Shown here in pieces: positions 37,280-49,937 of a stretch of DNA of 64,000 nucleotides. The number at the start of each line of letters is the position of its first letter. Position 1 is the first letter of the stretch. The stretch is from Heterodontus francisci (lineage: Eukaryota), in NCBI RefSeq assembly GCF_036365525.1, contig NC_090417.1, positions 13,927,344-13,991,343 on the forward strand. The letters run 5' to 3'. The translations under genes were made by a program, and so were the position numbers. The notes under the pieces were generated by a model, which searched no databases, was not told where the DNA came from, and saw only the letters and a program-made list of their open reading frames with translations.

Positions 37280-37880
37280 AACAACAAAAATTTGTATTTA
37301 TCGAGCACCTTGAACATACTCAAATGTCCCAAGGCGCATGCACTGTGTCGTATCAGGTGATGTCAGAGCAGATGAACAAAATCTTGGTGAAAGAGTTCAG
37401 TTTGAAGGAAAGTCTGAAAGCGAGGTGGAGAGGCGGACAGATTTAGGGATGGTGGAGAGGTTAATATCAGGGATGCACAAGAGGCCAGAATTGGTGGAGC
37501 GCAGAGATCTCGGAGGCTTGTGGGGCTGCAGGGAATTACAGAGATGGAGAGGGGATAGGCCATGGAGGTATTTGAAAACAAGGCCGTAAATGTTTCAATT
37601 GAGGCATTGCCATACCAGGGAGTCAAAGCAGATCACAAGCAGGGGTGATAGGTGAACTGGACTTGGTGTGAGTTAAGACACAGGCAGCAGAGTTTTGCTT
37701 GAACTCAGGTTTAGGGAGGGTAGAATGTGGGAGACCAGCCAGGAGTGCATTGGAATAGTCAAGTCTAGAGGTAACAAAAGCATGGATGAGGGTTTCAGCA
37801 GCAGGTGAGCTGAGCCGGAGCGATGTTACAGAGCTGGAAATAGGCGGTCTTAGCGATGGCGCATCTATGAGGCTCAATCA
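37280..37880 (-). mobile_element. L2 LINE 3' fragment
   Basis: AAETLIHAFVTSRLDYSNALLAGLP...QNSAACVLTHTKSSSPITP is the canonical L2 ORF2 C-terminal motif set. Confidence 0.9.
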
Positions 37881-38184
37881 ACTCATGTACAATTAACTTC
37901 CTTTGAGATCATGGAACCATACAATCTTACAGCTCAGAAGGAGCTGTCAGGTGAAAAACTTTGTGTCAAAACTTTTCACCCAGAGAGTTTAGCAGTGATG
38001 TTTTTCTGGTAAATTCTTCATTGTGTCTTCTCTTTCAGTCAATCAGCAACATATGCAGTTGAGGTAATGAGAAAGATGTGCCCAGAGAATCACTGTTCAG
38101 ATCCCCAGTGGACAACCATTGATGTCTACAGCAGACAAAGGAAGTCATTCACCCCATTCAGGGACTGTGCTGACTCTTGATTTC

Positions 38185-38610
38185 AAGGCCTTTCACAATT
38201 CAGGACATCTCAAAGTGCTTGCCAGCCAATGAAGTCGTTTAGAAATGTAGTCACTGCTTTAATGTATGAAACATGGCAGCCAATTTATGCACAGCAAGCT
38301 CCCACAAACAGCAATGAGGTAAAGGATAAATAATCTTTTTGGTGATATACTGGTTGAGGGATAAATGTTGTGCAGGGCACCAGGGAGAACTGCCCTGCTC
38401 TCCTTCACAATAGTGCCATGAGATTCTTTAATGTGCACCTGAGAGGGCAGATGGGCCTCAATGTAACATCTCATCTGAAAGAGGGCACCTTTGACAGTGC
38501 AGCACTCCCTCAGTACTGCACTGCCGAGGTTTTGTGCTCAGGTCTCCGGAGTGGGTCTTGAACCCACAACAATCAGATTCAGAGGGTAGAGTGCGAACTC
38601 TGAGCCATGG
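38185..38610 (-). mobile_element. Full-length Deu-domain SINE
   Basis: Head catggctcagagttcgcactct...gggttcaagaccc, Deu core and tail. Confidence 0.8.
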
Positions 38611-39014
38611 CTGATCAGCCAATGCCCAACACTGGGACAGGTTCGAACCAGAGAAGAGGTTTTTCTCTCCACCCCAGTCTTTGTGTGGAACTCTTCATTG
38701 CGACAATGCCGATTGCTGGTTCAATTGCTTGGCCTAGAATGGTCATGCAGCTTCTGCACTGGCCATCTCGATATGGGATGCACTATTCTCCAGATCACTG
38801 AAACTCCTCATACCTCAAGTGAAGCCACAGATTCAAACCACATCAACCACTTTGCTGAAACTGGGAATCATAAGCTGCTGACCTACTTTTTAACAAAGCC
38901 ATCTAATGATCATCTGCACACTGTAACTTACACAGAGCACTCATCACAGCATCTCTTGTGAAAGACAGTGAATTTCCCCTTCCATGCTCTACAGTGCTGT
39001 TGCATTATCCTTAA

Positions 39015-39665
39015 ATCATAGAAATACAGAAAAATAGGAGCAGGAGTAGGCCATTCGGCCCTTAGAGCCCGCACTGCCATTCAATACGATCATGGCTGAT
39101 CATCCAAACTCAGTAACCTGTTCCCGCTTTCTCCCCAAACCCCTTTTTCCCGAAGAACTATATCTAACTCTTTCCTGCATATATTTAATGATTTGGCCTC
39201 AGCTGCTTTCTGTGGTCGAGAATTCCACAGGTTCACCACTCTCTGGGTGACGAAATCCCTCCTCATCTCAGTCCTAAATGGCTGACTGTGACCCCTGGTC
39301 CTGGACTCCCCCGCCATTGGGAACATCCTTCCTGCATCTAGTCTGTCCAGTCCTGTTAGAATTTTGTAGGTTTCTATGAGATCCCCTCTCATTCTTCTAA
39401 ACCCTCGTGAATACGAGCCTAATCGACCCAATCTCTCTTCATACGTCAGTCCTGTCATCCCAGGAATCAGTCTGGTGAACCTTCGCTGCACTCTCTCCAT
39501 AGCAAGAACATCCTTCCTCAGATAAGGAGACCAAAACTGCACACAATATTCCAGATGTGGTCTCACCAAGGCCCTGTATAATTGCAGCAAGACATCCTTG
39601 CTCCTGTACTCGAATCCTCTCGCATTGAAGGCCAACATACCATTTGCCTTCTTAACTGCCTGCCA
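39015..39665 (-). mobile_element. CR1 3' fragment
   Basis: QAVKKANGMLAF...LVRPHLEYCVQFWSPYLRKD. Confidence 0.93.
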
Positions 39666-41034
39666 GCTTCCTTTTCTTGAAAACATTGAAGGGCAAGAGG
39701 CAAGGTACTAACCCTCCCAAAGGCTTACAACACGCTCAGACGATATCTGAACACTGGCAGTGACAATGACCCAAGTTTTATCCTGCCTTGCATCAATCAG
39801 ATGATCTCAGCTTGAGTCAGTTATCGAGCCTCCAGGAATGGCTTGGAGTCTTCAAGGCTTGAATATTCATCTCCAGGACACTGATGCAAGCATTGATACA
39901 ATATCATTGGAATTGAAAAACAGTTGTGTTTTTTTTTTGTATCAATTTCTTCTGATTCAAGTGTTGGAGAAGGGAAAACAAAGCTGTTTGACTAACAGGC
40001 AGGAATTGTCTAATGGGTGAATGCTTTGGCTTGTGAAGGCAACAAGTCAGGCAGCCAATGGAGGGAGTGCAAGGCGGGGCATTTGACAAAACCGCCAGGA
40101 ATACATCCAGGTGGAGTTGGCAACCCGAGCCCCAAGAGCCACGGCACGTTGTGGTCAGTTTAGGAACGGCATGTGGAGACCAACTGGCATGGGCTCACAT
40201 AGAACAAAAGGAGCTGTGCACTCGATGAGGCAAAGGGGCCGTTTCTGTGCAGGAACATTTCCCAGTTACAGAAGGAGCGGCACCAGAACCAGACAAAAGT
40301 GGCCATTTAACTTGTCCCTGTTGGTGGCACCGCAATATGGCTGCCCTGTTCTGTCACGACACCACTTAGTGCACGTCAGAGGAAGAAGTGAGGAGAGATT
40401 TATTCACACCCAAGAGTGTTAAGATGTGGAACACACCAGTGGATTCAAATTCAATCAGGCATGCACTGGAAGAGGTCTAACTTGCTAGGTTTGGGGGGGG
40501 AAACTTGGGTAAGTGTGAGAAGTTGTGACATGAAGTAATAGTCAAAGAGATTGAAGGAAAAACCTTGATACGGAGGCATGGTTTTAATTTCACAAACTGC
40601 TTTCTGAGTGAGGTCCACTCGGTTCATGAAAATGTGATTTGATTCCCGTGTTACCAGACGAGACCACTTTGGATATGTTGCTAATTTTAGCCAGGCCCCT
40701 TTAAGAGGCTGGCCCTCTGTGTCTGTTTTAGTTTCGATAGGATATTGTTGACTTAATTTTCAAGGGCAGTGTTGTTTGTCCCTCTGATGTGTAGTCCTAC
40801 TTGCTGTTAGGAGATACAAGCCTCCCTTTGTTGTCTATCTGCTTGAGTTGGGAGTATATTTCAGTGTCACATGTATTCCCTCTCTGTAACTGCTAACACA
40901 GAGACTCCCTTGCTCCTGTGCAAACCTTGTTTGCTCCTCTGTGCTTTCCAGGACATGCCCAAATTTAGTACAAATGATGCGCTCAAAAACACTTGGATCA
41001 TTCCTCATCACAGCTCACAAATCTCCAACATCAG

Positions 41035-41235
41035 CAAAATACTGCAGATGCTGGAAATCTGAAATAAAGACAGAAAGTGCTGGAAATGCTCAGCAGTTCT
41101 GGCAGCACCTGTGGAGAAAGAGAGAGACAGAGTTAATGTTTCAGGTCAGTGACCCTTCATCAGATTTAACGGTTAAAGCTGAAACATTGGCTCTATTTCC
41201 CTCTGCTGAATATTGCCAGAATTTTCTCTTTTTAA
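41035..41235. mobile_element. Penelope-like-element-derived short inverted repeat with a degenerate hammerhead ribozyme core
   Basis: Minus strand 41137-41163 reads CTGATGA agGGTC act GACC t GAAAC. Imperfect inverted arms flank ~41170. Confidence 0.5.
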
Positions 41236-42874
41236 CACGAATATTCAAAGTGGTTCACATGGACTGATCATTATATTGGTAAAGGTTGCAGCAAAGTGCC
41301 CCAGATATTGGCTCAGGGATGAATGCTGGGCCACAACACTGGACAGACTCTCTCTTTTCTGCTCCTCTTCATTTCATGCGCTGGGATTTCTTCACCTTTC
41401 AGCTGAAAAGGCAGACCGAGGCTTGGGTTAATACCTCAGCAAAGGAAAGCAGCACTGACAATGCAGCACTCCCTCAGTGTCACCCTCGATTGTCAGCATG
41501 GCCTCGATTTGTGCCTCACATCCATTAACTTCATTCAGAGACAGAGAGTCGGGCCAAATGATGACTCCTCCTCCTCCTCCTCTTCCATCAATCATCATCA
41601 GGTTCAGTCCTTGTCTGTCCAAAAACAGAAAAGGAATGTTTTAGAGCATAATGGGCTGATCCTCCGTGGGGTTTAGATGAATGAGGTGATTGTTGTGTGA
41701 TTGTCTTTAAGAGTGATGTTCCAGGACATAGTCATGTGACTACATGCTAGTGTAAGAGGTTCCATTCCTGTACTCCCTTACTGCAGTTCTTGGACTTTGG
41801 GAATTACAAAAACAAAATTGGGTTACAACACAGGGTTGGGCTGAACCACAAATGAGTTTATTTAAAAAAACACAAAAGCCCTCCTAACACCCTCGAAACT
41901 AATTTAACGGAAACAACATGACACTTTAATTGGGTAGTCTGATTTCAATCCCTCTACGATTTAAACTCGGCACTCACCCAAACACACAAGTCCCCATGAT
42001 GTATAAGAGAAACCTTTACGGGAAAAAAAAACCACAGTCAAAACCCCAAATTCTGCCCCAAATTCACTCAATTCGAAACCCAAACTCTCCCAGGATTTGG
42101 TTGCTACACTTAAAATTCTTTTATAACTCTCGGCCCCAAATACCCCTTGGATTTGGCTGATAATTTACAATCCTCCATGCGATTGGACTTCTGGTGAGAA
42201 TTGTAGCTCCACGAGCCAGGTTGACTGTTCCTGACCCTCTTTCTCGACTGCAGCCCCCACAGTACAAACCCCTTCAAGATTTGACTGAAAAACTGACAAT
42301 CACCCTCATTGCTGGTCATTACTAATGTTGATTGTAGGCCTGGACTTGAGATGACCAGTCCCTGTTCTTCTTCCCATAACTGCAGTGCCAAACCCTTCGA
42401 TCTTGTCCCTTTTATGATGATCCTTATCGAAATATCATGAACGCATCTCCTGAAGCCATCCTGCTGGATGGTCAGCACTTAGCACCTTTTAATCTCTTTC
42501 CTCTGTTACCTGCCCCTGGTCCAGACAGATCCATTGAGTGCCGATGTGATTTCCCTGACCGAGAACAATGAACTTCACCAAGATGAGATAATCCAGGCTC
42601 CAAAGCTAATATCCATGAACGAGGCTTTCCTCTGTGGTGCAGGGAGATCCCCACTGCAAAAACAAGCATGAGAAATCCTGCATCGGTCGACAGTGCTGCA
42701 GATTGTTTGAAAGTGCAAGTCCATTGAGGTAGCTGTCAGGAAAGAGGACAGGCAGGAGGTGATACTGGGGTCTGGGAGCTTGACACACGTGATAGACCAC
42801 TTGAGATTTGCTCTGACTTTGGGCAGAAGACAGCCTCTGTCTACTATGAGTAACAAGATCACAAACGTATGACA

Positions 42875-43730
42875 TAGGCCATTCAGCCCCTCGAGCCTGC
42901 TACGCCATTCAGTTACATCATTTATCTCAACTCCATTTCCCTGCTTTCGCTCCATATTCCTTGATATCCTGATCCATCATAAATCTGTCAATCTCAGTCT
43001 TGAAAAGTCCAATTGTCATTTAGCATCCACAAACAACTGAGGGCCAGAACTCCAGATTTCCACTCGTCTTTCTGTGATTTCCCTCCTCAATGGCCTGGTT
43101 CTGATTTGAAGACGATGTCCCTTGTTCTTGATTCCCCCACTGCCAGACTGAATGGTTTCTCTGTATCCAAGCCACTGAATGCTTTTCACATATTCTACAC
43201 CTTGATCAGATGACCACTCAGCCTCCTCTGCTCAAGGGAATGCAAGTTTCAAGTCCCAGTTCTATCCCGGCTCTCTTCATTTCCCCCAATCCAATGTGCC
43301 GCTTCAGTGTGAGAACACGCAGAGATGCACGTTGTGTAGGAACTGTTGCACGGCACCTCCGAAACACAATGAGCCGTTGAAAAAAGGTGGGCTGCGGTCG
43401 AGTGGGCTGGGATGGGGGAAGGCTGATTGTGGATCATCACTTGCAAGTTCCCAACTTTTTCTGGATCAGGGGTTTGGCCCTCGCTGGAGAACTGTGGACA
43501 CCACATTTCAAGAGGGCTGCCAAGCTCTGGAAGATGGTGCAGAAGAGATTTATGAGAATGGTACCAGGGATGAGGGACTTCAGTTAGATGAATAGACTGG
43601 AGAGCAGAGAACTTTAAGAGAAGATTTGTGAGAGGTATTGAAAATCATGAAGGGTTTGATCGAGTGCACAGAACAAACTATTTCCACTGGCTGAAGGGTT
43701 GATCAGCAGAGGACACAGATTTAAGATGAT
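42875..43730. mobile_element. Two degraded CR1 fragments (minus ~42875-43265, plus ~43480-43730)
   Basis: taggccattcagcccctcgagcc tail and VQKRFMRMVPGMR motif. Confidence 0.7.
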
Positions 43731-43764
43731 CGATTTGAAAACAACAGAAACAAGAAAGAAAGAC

Positions 43765-44135
43765 TTACTTTTTCATGGCGACTGGATATCTTAAAGTGCT
43801 TTAAAGCCAATGGAGTGCTTTGAAATGTAGTCACATTTCAAGGAAGTGCAGCTGCTGAATTGCACACAGCAAGATCCCACAAACAGCAGATTGATGTGTT
43901 GATTGAAGGATAAATATTGAGCAGAGCACCAGGGATAAGTCAGCTGCTCTCCTTTGAAATAGGACCATGGGATCTTTAACATCCATTCAAGCAGGCAGGT
44001 AGGGCCTCGGTTTAACGTCTCACCTGAAAGACGGCACCTCCGACAGTGCAGCACTCCCTCAGTACTGCACTGGGAGTGTCAGCCTGGATTTATGTGCTCA
44101 AGTCTCCGGAGCCTTGTGACTCGGTGTTGCCCACT
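43765..44135 (-). mobile_element. Deu-domain SINE, with a partial inverted twin at 44685-44807
   Basis: Deu core gcacacagcaagatcccacaaacagca. Confidence 0.8.
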
Positions 44136-45574
44136 GAACCCCAGACACAGAAGAACCAGACACCAGATAAGGAAAGTCCGTTATCCGATGAGAGTTATGG
44201 TCTGGAATGCACTGCCTGGGAGGGCAGTGGGACCAGATTCAGAAGGAACTGTCAAAAGGCAATTGGATAAATAGTTGAAGGGAAAATTTGTTATATCTGG
44301 GGGGAAGGGGCAAGGAAGTGGGACTAAATTCGACATGCTGGAAGAGGCACGATGGGCTGAATGGACTCCCTTTGCAGTGTATCATTCTATGATTTGATGA
44401 GATGGAGTTTCTGGTTAAAGCCGTCGCAGTGGGGACACATTGGGTAGGGGGTGGAGTCGGAAATGGGATGGACATGGGGTCTGTTTGACGCACCAACTGG
44501 CAGAGGTGCTCCCAGAGTGGCAGGGTTGAAGCATGACACCTGCTTCCTTTATAGCTGGAGCACGGAGTTGGGAAGAGATCGGGAGAAAGTGGAGCATCCC
44601 CCTCAACAACTTGCTGCAAGAGGACAGAGCGTGTAAAGCAATGGGACCAAATTCCATCCTTGGTCACAGCTTTCTGACACAATGCAGGCTGACACTCCCA
44701 GTGCGGTACTGAGGGAGTGCTGCACTGTCGGAGGTGCCGTCTTTCAGATGAGACGTTAAACCGAGGCCCTACCTGCCTGCTTGAATGGGTGTTAAAGACC
44801 CCATGGTACTATTCCACTGAGGGTGTGAAGCAATGATTCACTCCCAGCAATAGCTCTCTCTTTTTTCTCTCTCCAGGGAGACACCACAGGCTGCTCCACA
44901 GGGATTGGAAGTGCAGAAGGGGACTTCTCCCCCCCTCCCTCAGTCTGTCAGTTCTGCTTTTCTCCTGCAGAAGCTGCATCTTCAGGAGGAAACACCACAG
45001 GGGTTGCATCTGAGATAGAGGACAGCTCTGCAAAACCAATCTGGAATGCTTCGAACTCTTGTGCCAGTCTGAAACTGGCACAGATGGCTGGGCAGATGGG
45101 CAAGATCCCCCTGATAATCCCAGCCTTCTCTTGAGGGAGGCCGGTGAACATGTTGCCTTGTGTTGGACATGAAACTCTTTTCAGATCTCGGGTTGGAGGC
45201 TATTTTCAGCAAAGGAAACGTTTAACTGTGAGCCTGTTCCATCCTCTCTGACATGACAGCAACAAGATTGTGGTGGCTGTTTTAAAGTGCACTTCTCCAC
45301 TTTCTCTGCACCTTGTTGATCATTGTCGCCCCGTGACAGACTGGGCTTTTTTTTTTCTAGCAGCTGCTGTGAACAGTTAGCAATGCAACATCCTGAGGAA
45401 CTGGTGAGAGCGATGCTGTGGCAGATATCACCTCTCACACGTCCTGACATGCAAATCGTGTTTGCAACAATTTGCAATTCTATTTTTCATCTTTTTTCTG
45501 AGCAGAAATGTTTTGTTGAAACAAAACGACGGCGTTGCATTTGTGCCTTTTGGTTCCTGTGTGTCAGTGGGTAT

Positions 45575-45725
45575 TAATCTGTGTGTGTGTGTGTGTCTTT
45601 AAATCGCACCAGGAGCCGTCTGTCATTGTCTGCACTGGGACTCCGCCCTACCTCTCGCTGATTGGTCCAGCCTCCTCATTGTTACTTTGAGAGCCGATGG
45701 TCTCCTGCCGCTGATTGGCCGGTCG
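45575..45725. promoter_or_regulatory. Candidate promoter: (GT)n, TTTAAA, GC box (ctccgcccta) and two NF-Y type CCAAT boxes (gctgattgg)
   Basis: Motifs at ~45641, 45657-45665 and 45710-45718 in repeat-poor, CpG-retaining sequence. No target gene identified. Confidence 0.45.
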
Positions 45726-48700
45726 GTCCATCAATCATCTGAAATCGCCACAGTTCTGCTGCCTCATTCAAAAGAAACGCGAGCCCATGGCCAGGGCTTT
45801 TATGAAGGAAGTGCTTGTGGAGTGGGCTGTGTAATCGGGGTAGCAGTTTGGAGCACCGATGGAAGGAAGAGGCTTTTAACAAGGCAATAAAGGTCAGAGA
45901 AATCTTCTTTCCTCTTTCTCCTCTCACCCCACTCCACTGTTTCATGACTGGGTAGAACAGATGCAGACAAGACACTGCTCCCTTGTGTTGCTGTCTGGCT
46001 GTTTTGCTTCTCTTCAGTCATCAAGCTGTCTTCAGAAAAGCAACGACTTGGCTTGAAAGGGACTGAACCCCACTGATAAATTCACGCCCCTGACCAGGAT
46101 TTTTGCTTTTAAACAAAAAGTCGGGGGGGAAATCAGTTTTGGTCACAATGAGATGGACTGCTGCAGTAGTCAAGGGTGGATTGGTGCATTTTGTTTCTGC
46201 TGGGGAAGGAATCATGCTTCGGGTAGTCATAATCACTGGGATCATGCTGTGTGAGGACAGCATCCGATTGGGAAACATGCCCCCTTCCCCCCAGTATTGG
46301 AACAGGGCTTCACTGTCTCAGCTCATCCATGGAGAATGAGCAGTGGAGTGAGCTGAAGAGAGAGAGAGGTTTGTTTGAAGGGTGTTTGAGGAACTGTCCC
46401 CTCGACCGCAGCCTTAAGGATTAGTAGGGTGGTTTGGAGTGGGGGAGAGATGGAGTCCGGAATGCCAATCCCATCACTGGAGTAATCCCAGAAAAACTCC
46501 TGGTTTTCCCCAGCAGCGCTGTCATTCAGTGGCACTGCTCCCAGTCGAAGTCTTTGAAAACAGCATCAGCTTTGAGCCAGCTCCACAAGTTTTAGCCTCA
46601 CTGTGCCGTGAAATGTCCTATTCTTATTTTTTTTTTAAATCTTTTTTCTCAAAAGCAACAGCTGCTTTCTGCATTTTGTGCCTGAATTGTCTCTGAGGTG
46701 ATTAGGGTCAGTCTTTTACACACTGCTACAGTTCCTCTTGCAGTTTGTTCTGGTGCTGGCATCGGGACTTGTGCAGATACTGCTACTGTCAGGGGAGCAG
46801 CAATTGTTGGAGGAAGCAGCAGTTTGATCAAACACAGATGGAGCTTTCAGTGATCGCCCCACATGCCTGACTGGTCATGATTCTGGTGCTTGAAGAACTC
46901 AGGCCTTTCACCCCATTGCCAGGCTCTGTTTCTGGACTGTTTATTGGGTCCTGTGTCTTCTTTTCTCAAACCCATTCCATCTCCTTTTTATTAAAAAAAA
47001 CCCCCTCTGTGTTGCCTGTCTTTGCTGCACCTTTTTTGGGATCATAATTGTGGCTCAGCCACCCACACACTTCCTTGTTTGGCCTCTTTGCAGAGTGTTT
47101 CAGCCAGCTTCTCCATCGGCATCACAGCTGCAGGCTGTCGCTGCCTTCTGTAAACAGCCCAGAGAAAGCAGTTTGAGTGCCCGCTCCAAGTTCGCCTCCT
47201 GGTTCTTCTGCTAACTGGTTGCTGGTGGACCTAGATGGTTGGTACATGGATAGATGCCAAGAAGTGAATGGTGGTGGAATGGAGAGATTGAGACTCCAGA
47301 GGAAGGATTTTGGGGCAACAGAGAGCATACAATGCAGATTGACAAAGATGCTGCCTGGTTTGAGGAAATGTGAAGGATTACAGGGTGATCTGCTCTTTTA
47401 TGGTGTTTACAATTCTGAGGGAATGGTACAGATAGATAGAAACAAAGTGTTAGCAGTGAATGCTGGCTCCAGAGTGTGGGGACACAGATAGGAGATGAAA
47501 TATCACTATATTAGAAATGATCAGGACAGAGAATGGGGACAAGGATGTTTAGACTGAGCATTGGTGGTTGTGGAAAGCACTCCTGGAGGTGATTGAAGCA
47601 GAGATTATCAATCTTTTAGGGAGACATTCAAGAGATGCCATTCAGGGGATGTTAGAACGTGGGATTTGGCTTATACTCCGGCCCAGCATAGACTGCTTGG
47701 ATCAAACAGCCAGTTCCCAATATTGTCACCTCAGTGAGATTCAACCGGACACAAATGCAAAAAGGACATTGCCGTCAGTTTGCAATCCCGGGACCCCAGG
47801 GTCAGTTTACAGCCTTGAAATCCCTCCAGGAAATGGATCCAATCTCGGCACTCCATTTCACAAGAGTGGGACAGGTCCGATGGGCTGAATGGCCTCTTTC
47901 TACACGATAAGACTCCATGATTCTCAGTGGAGCTTTGGCACACCGACATCTGGTCTGTGGGCCCCACATGCTGTGGGGCAACCCACTACTGGGCCACTCC
48001 TGGATCCCTTGTCGATGGAAGGTTGTGAGCACCACTGGTTTGGGAAAGATCAGACAGCCGATCCTGATCGCTGAGCTTACTCTTTCACTATATTACCTTT
48101 AATGCACAGGCTCCAACACAAAATCAAACACTTTTTAATAAAACCACTTCTGATTGTCAATGACGCACACTGCGATGATAATACCATCACTGCACACTCG
48201 TTGAACACGAATTCACAACCAACCAATAGAAACAGACAGTGCACACAATGGAGAGCAGGCAGCATGCATTGTATCAAGCTGCGGGACCTTTGAGACAGAA
48301 TTTCAATGTGGTTCAATGTCAGCAAGGAGGTGACAAATGACTTGAGGGATTCCAACCATCACGCTGTCCCTCGGGAGCTCTCCCTACTTCATTTAAACAT
48401 CACTGGATGGGCAATGTGCAAATCATCATTTGTTTGCACCGATTGAGCAAGAGGAGGTTTATTTTTTTCAAAAAGAAAAGCCAGTACAAATCTGCTGAAA
48501 CAGCTGGTCTATCTGGGACTGTAAAACAGCATTGCTGAAATGAAATGGGCACCTTTCACAAATCTGGTCTGACAGAGGAAGTTCCCCAGTGGGTTGAGTG
48601 CCAGGTGCAGCTGGGATAGTTCGTTGCGACAGAGGTCACACAATAGCAGTATTGTCAAGTTAAAACGCTGACTCCTTTCACCAAATGAGGATGTGAAATT

Positions 48701-49059
48701 CTGCTGTGTTCCTCCATCTGCCGTTAGGCTACAGGATCTCTTCTTCCTCCTCTGCCTTGCCTTGTCGGAAGTAACTTCATTGTTGGTGTCAGTGAGCTGT
48801 GTGTGGCTCTCTTCGCCTGCCTGACCACAGGCTCTGTTACTGAATGTGATTGTGTCCTTGGACACGGTACATGGGGTCTGGTAGCAGAGTAGCTAAAGAT
48901 CTGTGCTGTGCAAAGTGTGTCGGTGGTGCATTGCATTATCTCACACGACTGAAGCAGGGAGTGCAGACACATAGTGATACAGTTTCCTGCCACTGGTCTT
49001 GTGACACAAGTTCCTCTTTTGAGGGCTATCTACTTGCAACAAGATGTATAATGATTCAA

Positions 49060-49330
49060 CAACTTAAATGTATACCGGGCCTTGACAGGAGCATTCGAGC
49101 TACAAAAGGAGACATAAAATCAGATGATCAAAATCTTGGAGAAGGAGGTAGGTTTTAAGCAGTGTCTTCAAGGAGGAAAGCAAAGGGGGAGAGGCAGAGA
49201 GTTTTAGGGAAGATATTCCAGAGCTTTGGGGCCGAGGCAACTGAAGGCACAGCCAGCAATGGTGGAGCGATTAAAATCAGGAATGCACGAGAAGACGGAA
49301 GTAGAGTAGTGCAGATATCTGGGAGGGTCA
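49060..49330 (-). mobile_element. L2 LINE 3' fragment; continues at 54370-54505 beyond the nested CR1 insertions
   Basis: Colinear with the L2 copies at 37280-37680 and 4700-5000. Confidence 0.75.
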
Positions 49331-49331
49331 A

Positions 49332-49577
49332 AGAACAAAGATAATTACAGCACAGGAACAGGCCCTTCGGCCCTCCAAGCCTGCGCCGATCCAGATCCTC
49401 TCTCTAAACATGTCGCCTATTTTCTAAGGTTCTGTATCTCTTTTCTTCCTGCCCATTCATGTATCTGTCTAGATACATCTTAAAAGACTCCATTGTGCCC
49501 GCGTCTACCACCTCCGCTGGCAACGCGTTCCAGGTGCCCACCACCCTCTGCGTAAAGAACTTTCCACGCTCATTTCC
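49332..49577 (-). mobile_element. CR1 3' end (host of the full-length CR1); continues at 53854-54364
   Basis: FFTQRVVGTWNALP-coding sequence joins seamlessly to ...FKVKGEMFRG at 53854. Confidence 0.88.
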
Positions 49578-49937
49578 CGGCGGAGCAGCAGGAGAAGGTA
49601 GCGACTCTTCGGTGGGGAAGTGAAGGCACCAGGAACTGTGTTTTGAAAGTTGTACTTACTGTTTTCCTTGTGTTCAAGCTACTTTTGGCGCGGGAGGAAC
49701 CGGAAGCTGGACGGCAGCAAGGACTCCTGGGTAGGTATTTTCTTTAAAGGTGCGGAGCAGAGTTAACCCGAGACACTACACATGTAGTGTCTCCCACCCA
49801 TCCTCCTCCTCTAACCTAATAATAAGACCCTTTTTACCCTCCTCCTCTAACCAAAAAGGACTGAACAGGTAAGCTATTTCACTGTTTTTGTTAATATCTA
49901 TATTTGTACTTAATTAAGGGGTAATTGAGTAAAAGAA

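Noticed and set aside
41700-42874. Possible solo LTR (TG...CA, minus-strand AATAAA)
   Set aside because: No target-site duplication or second copy could be identified.
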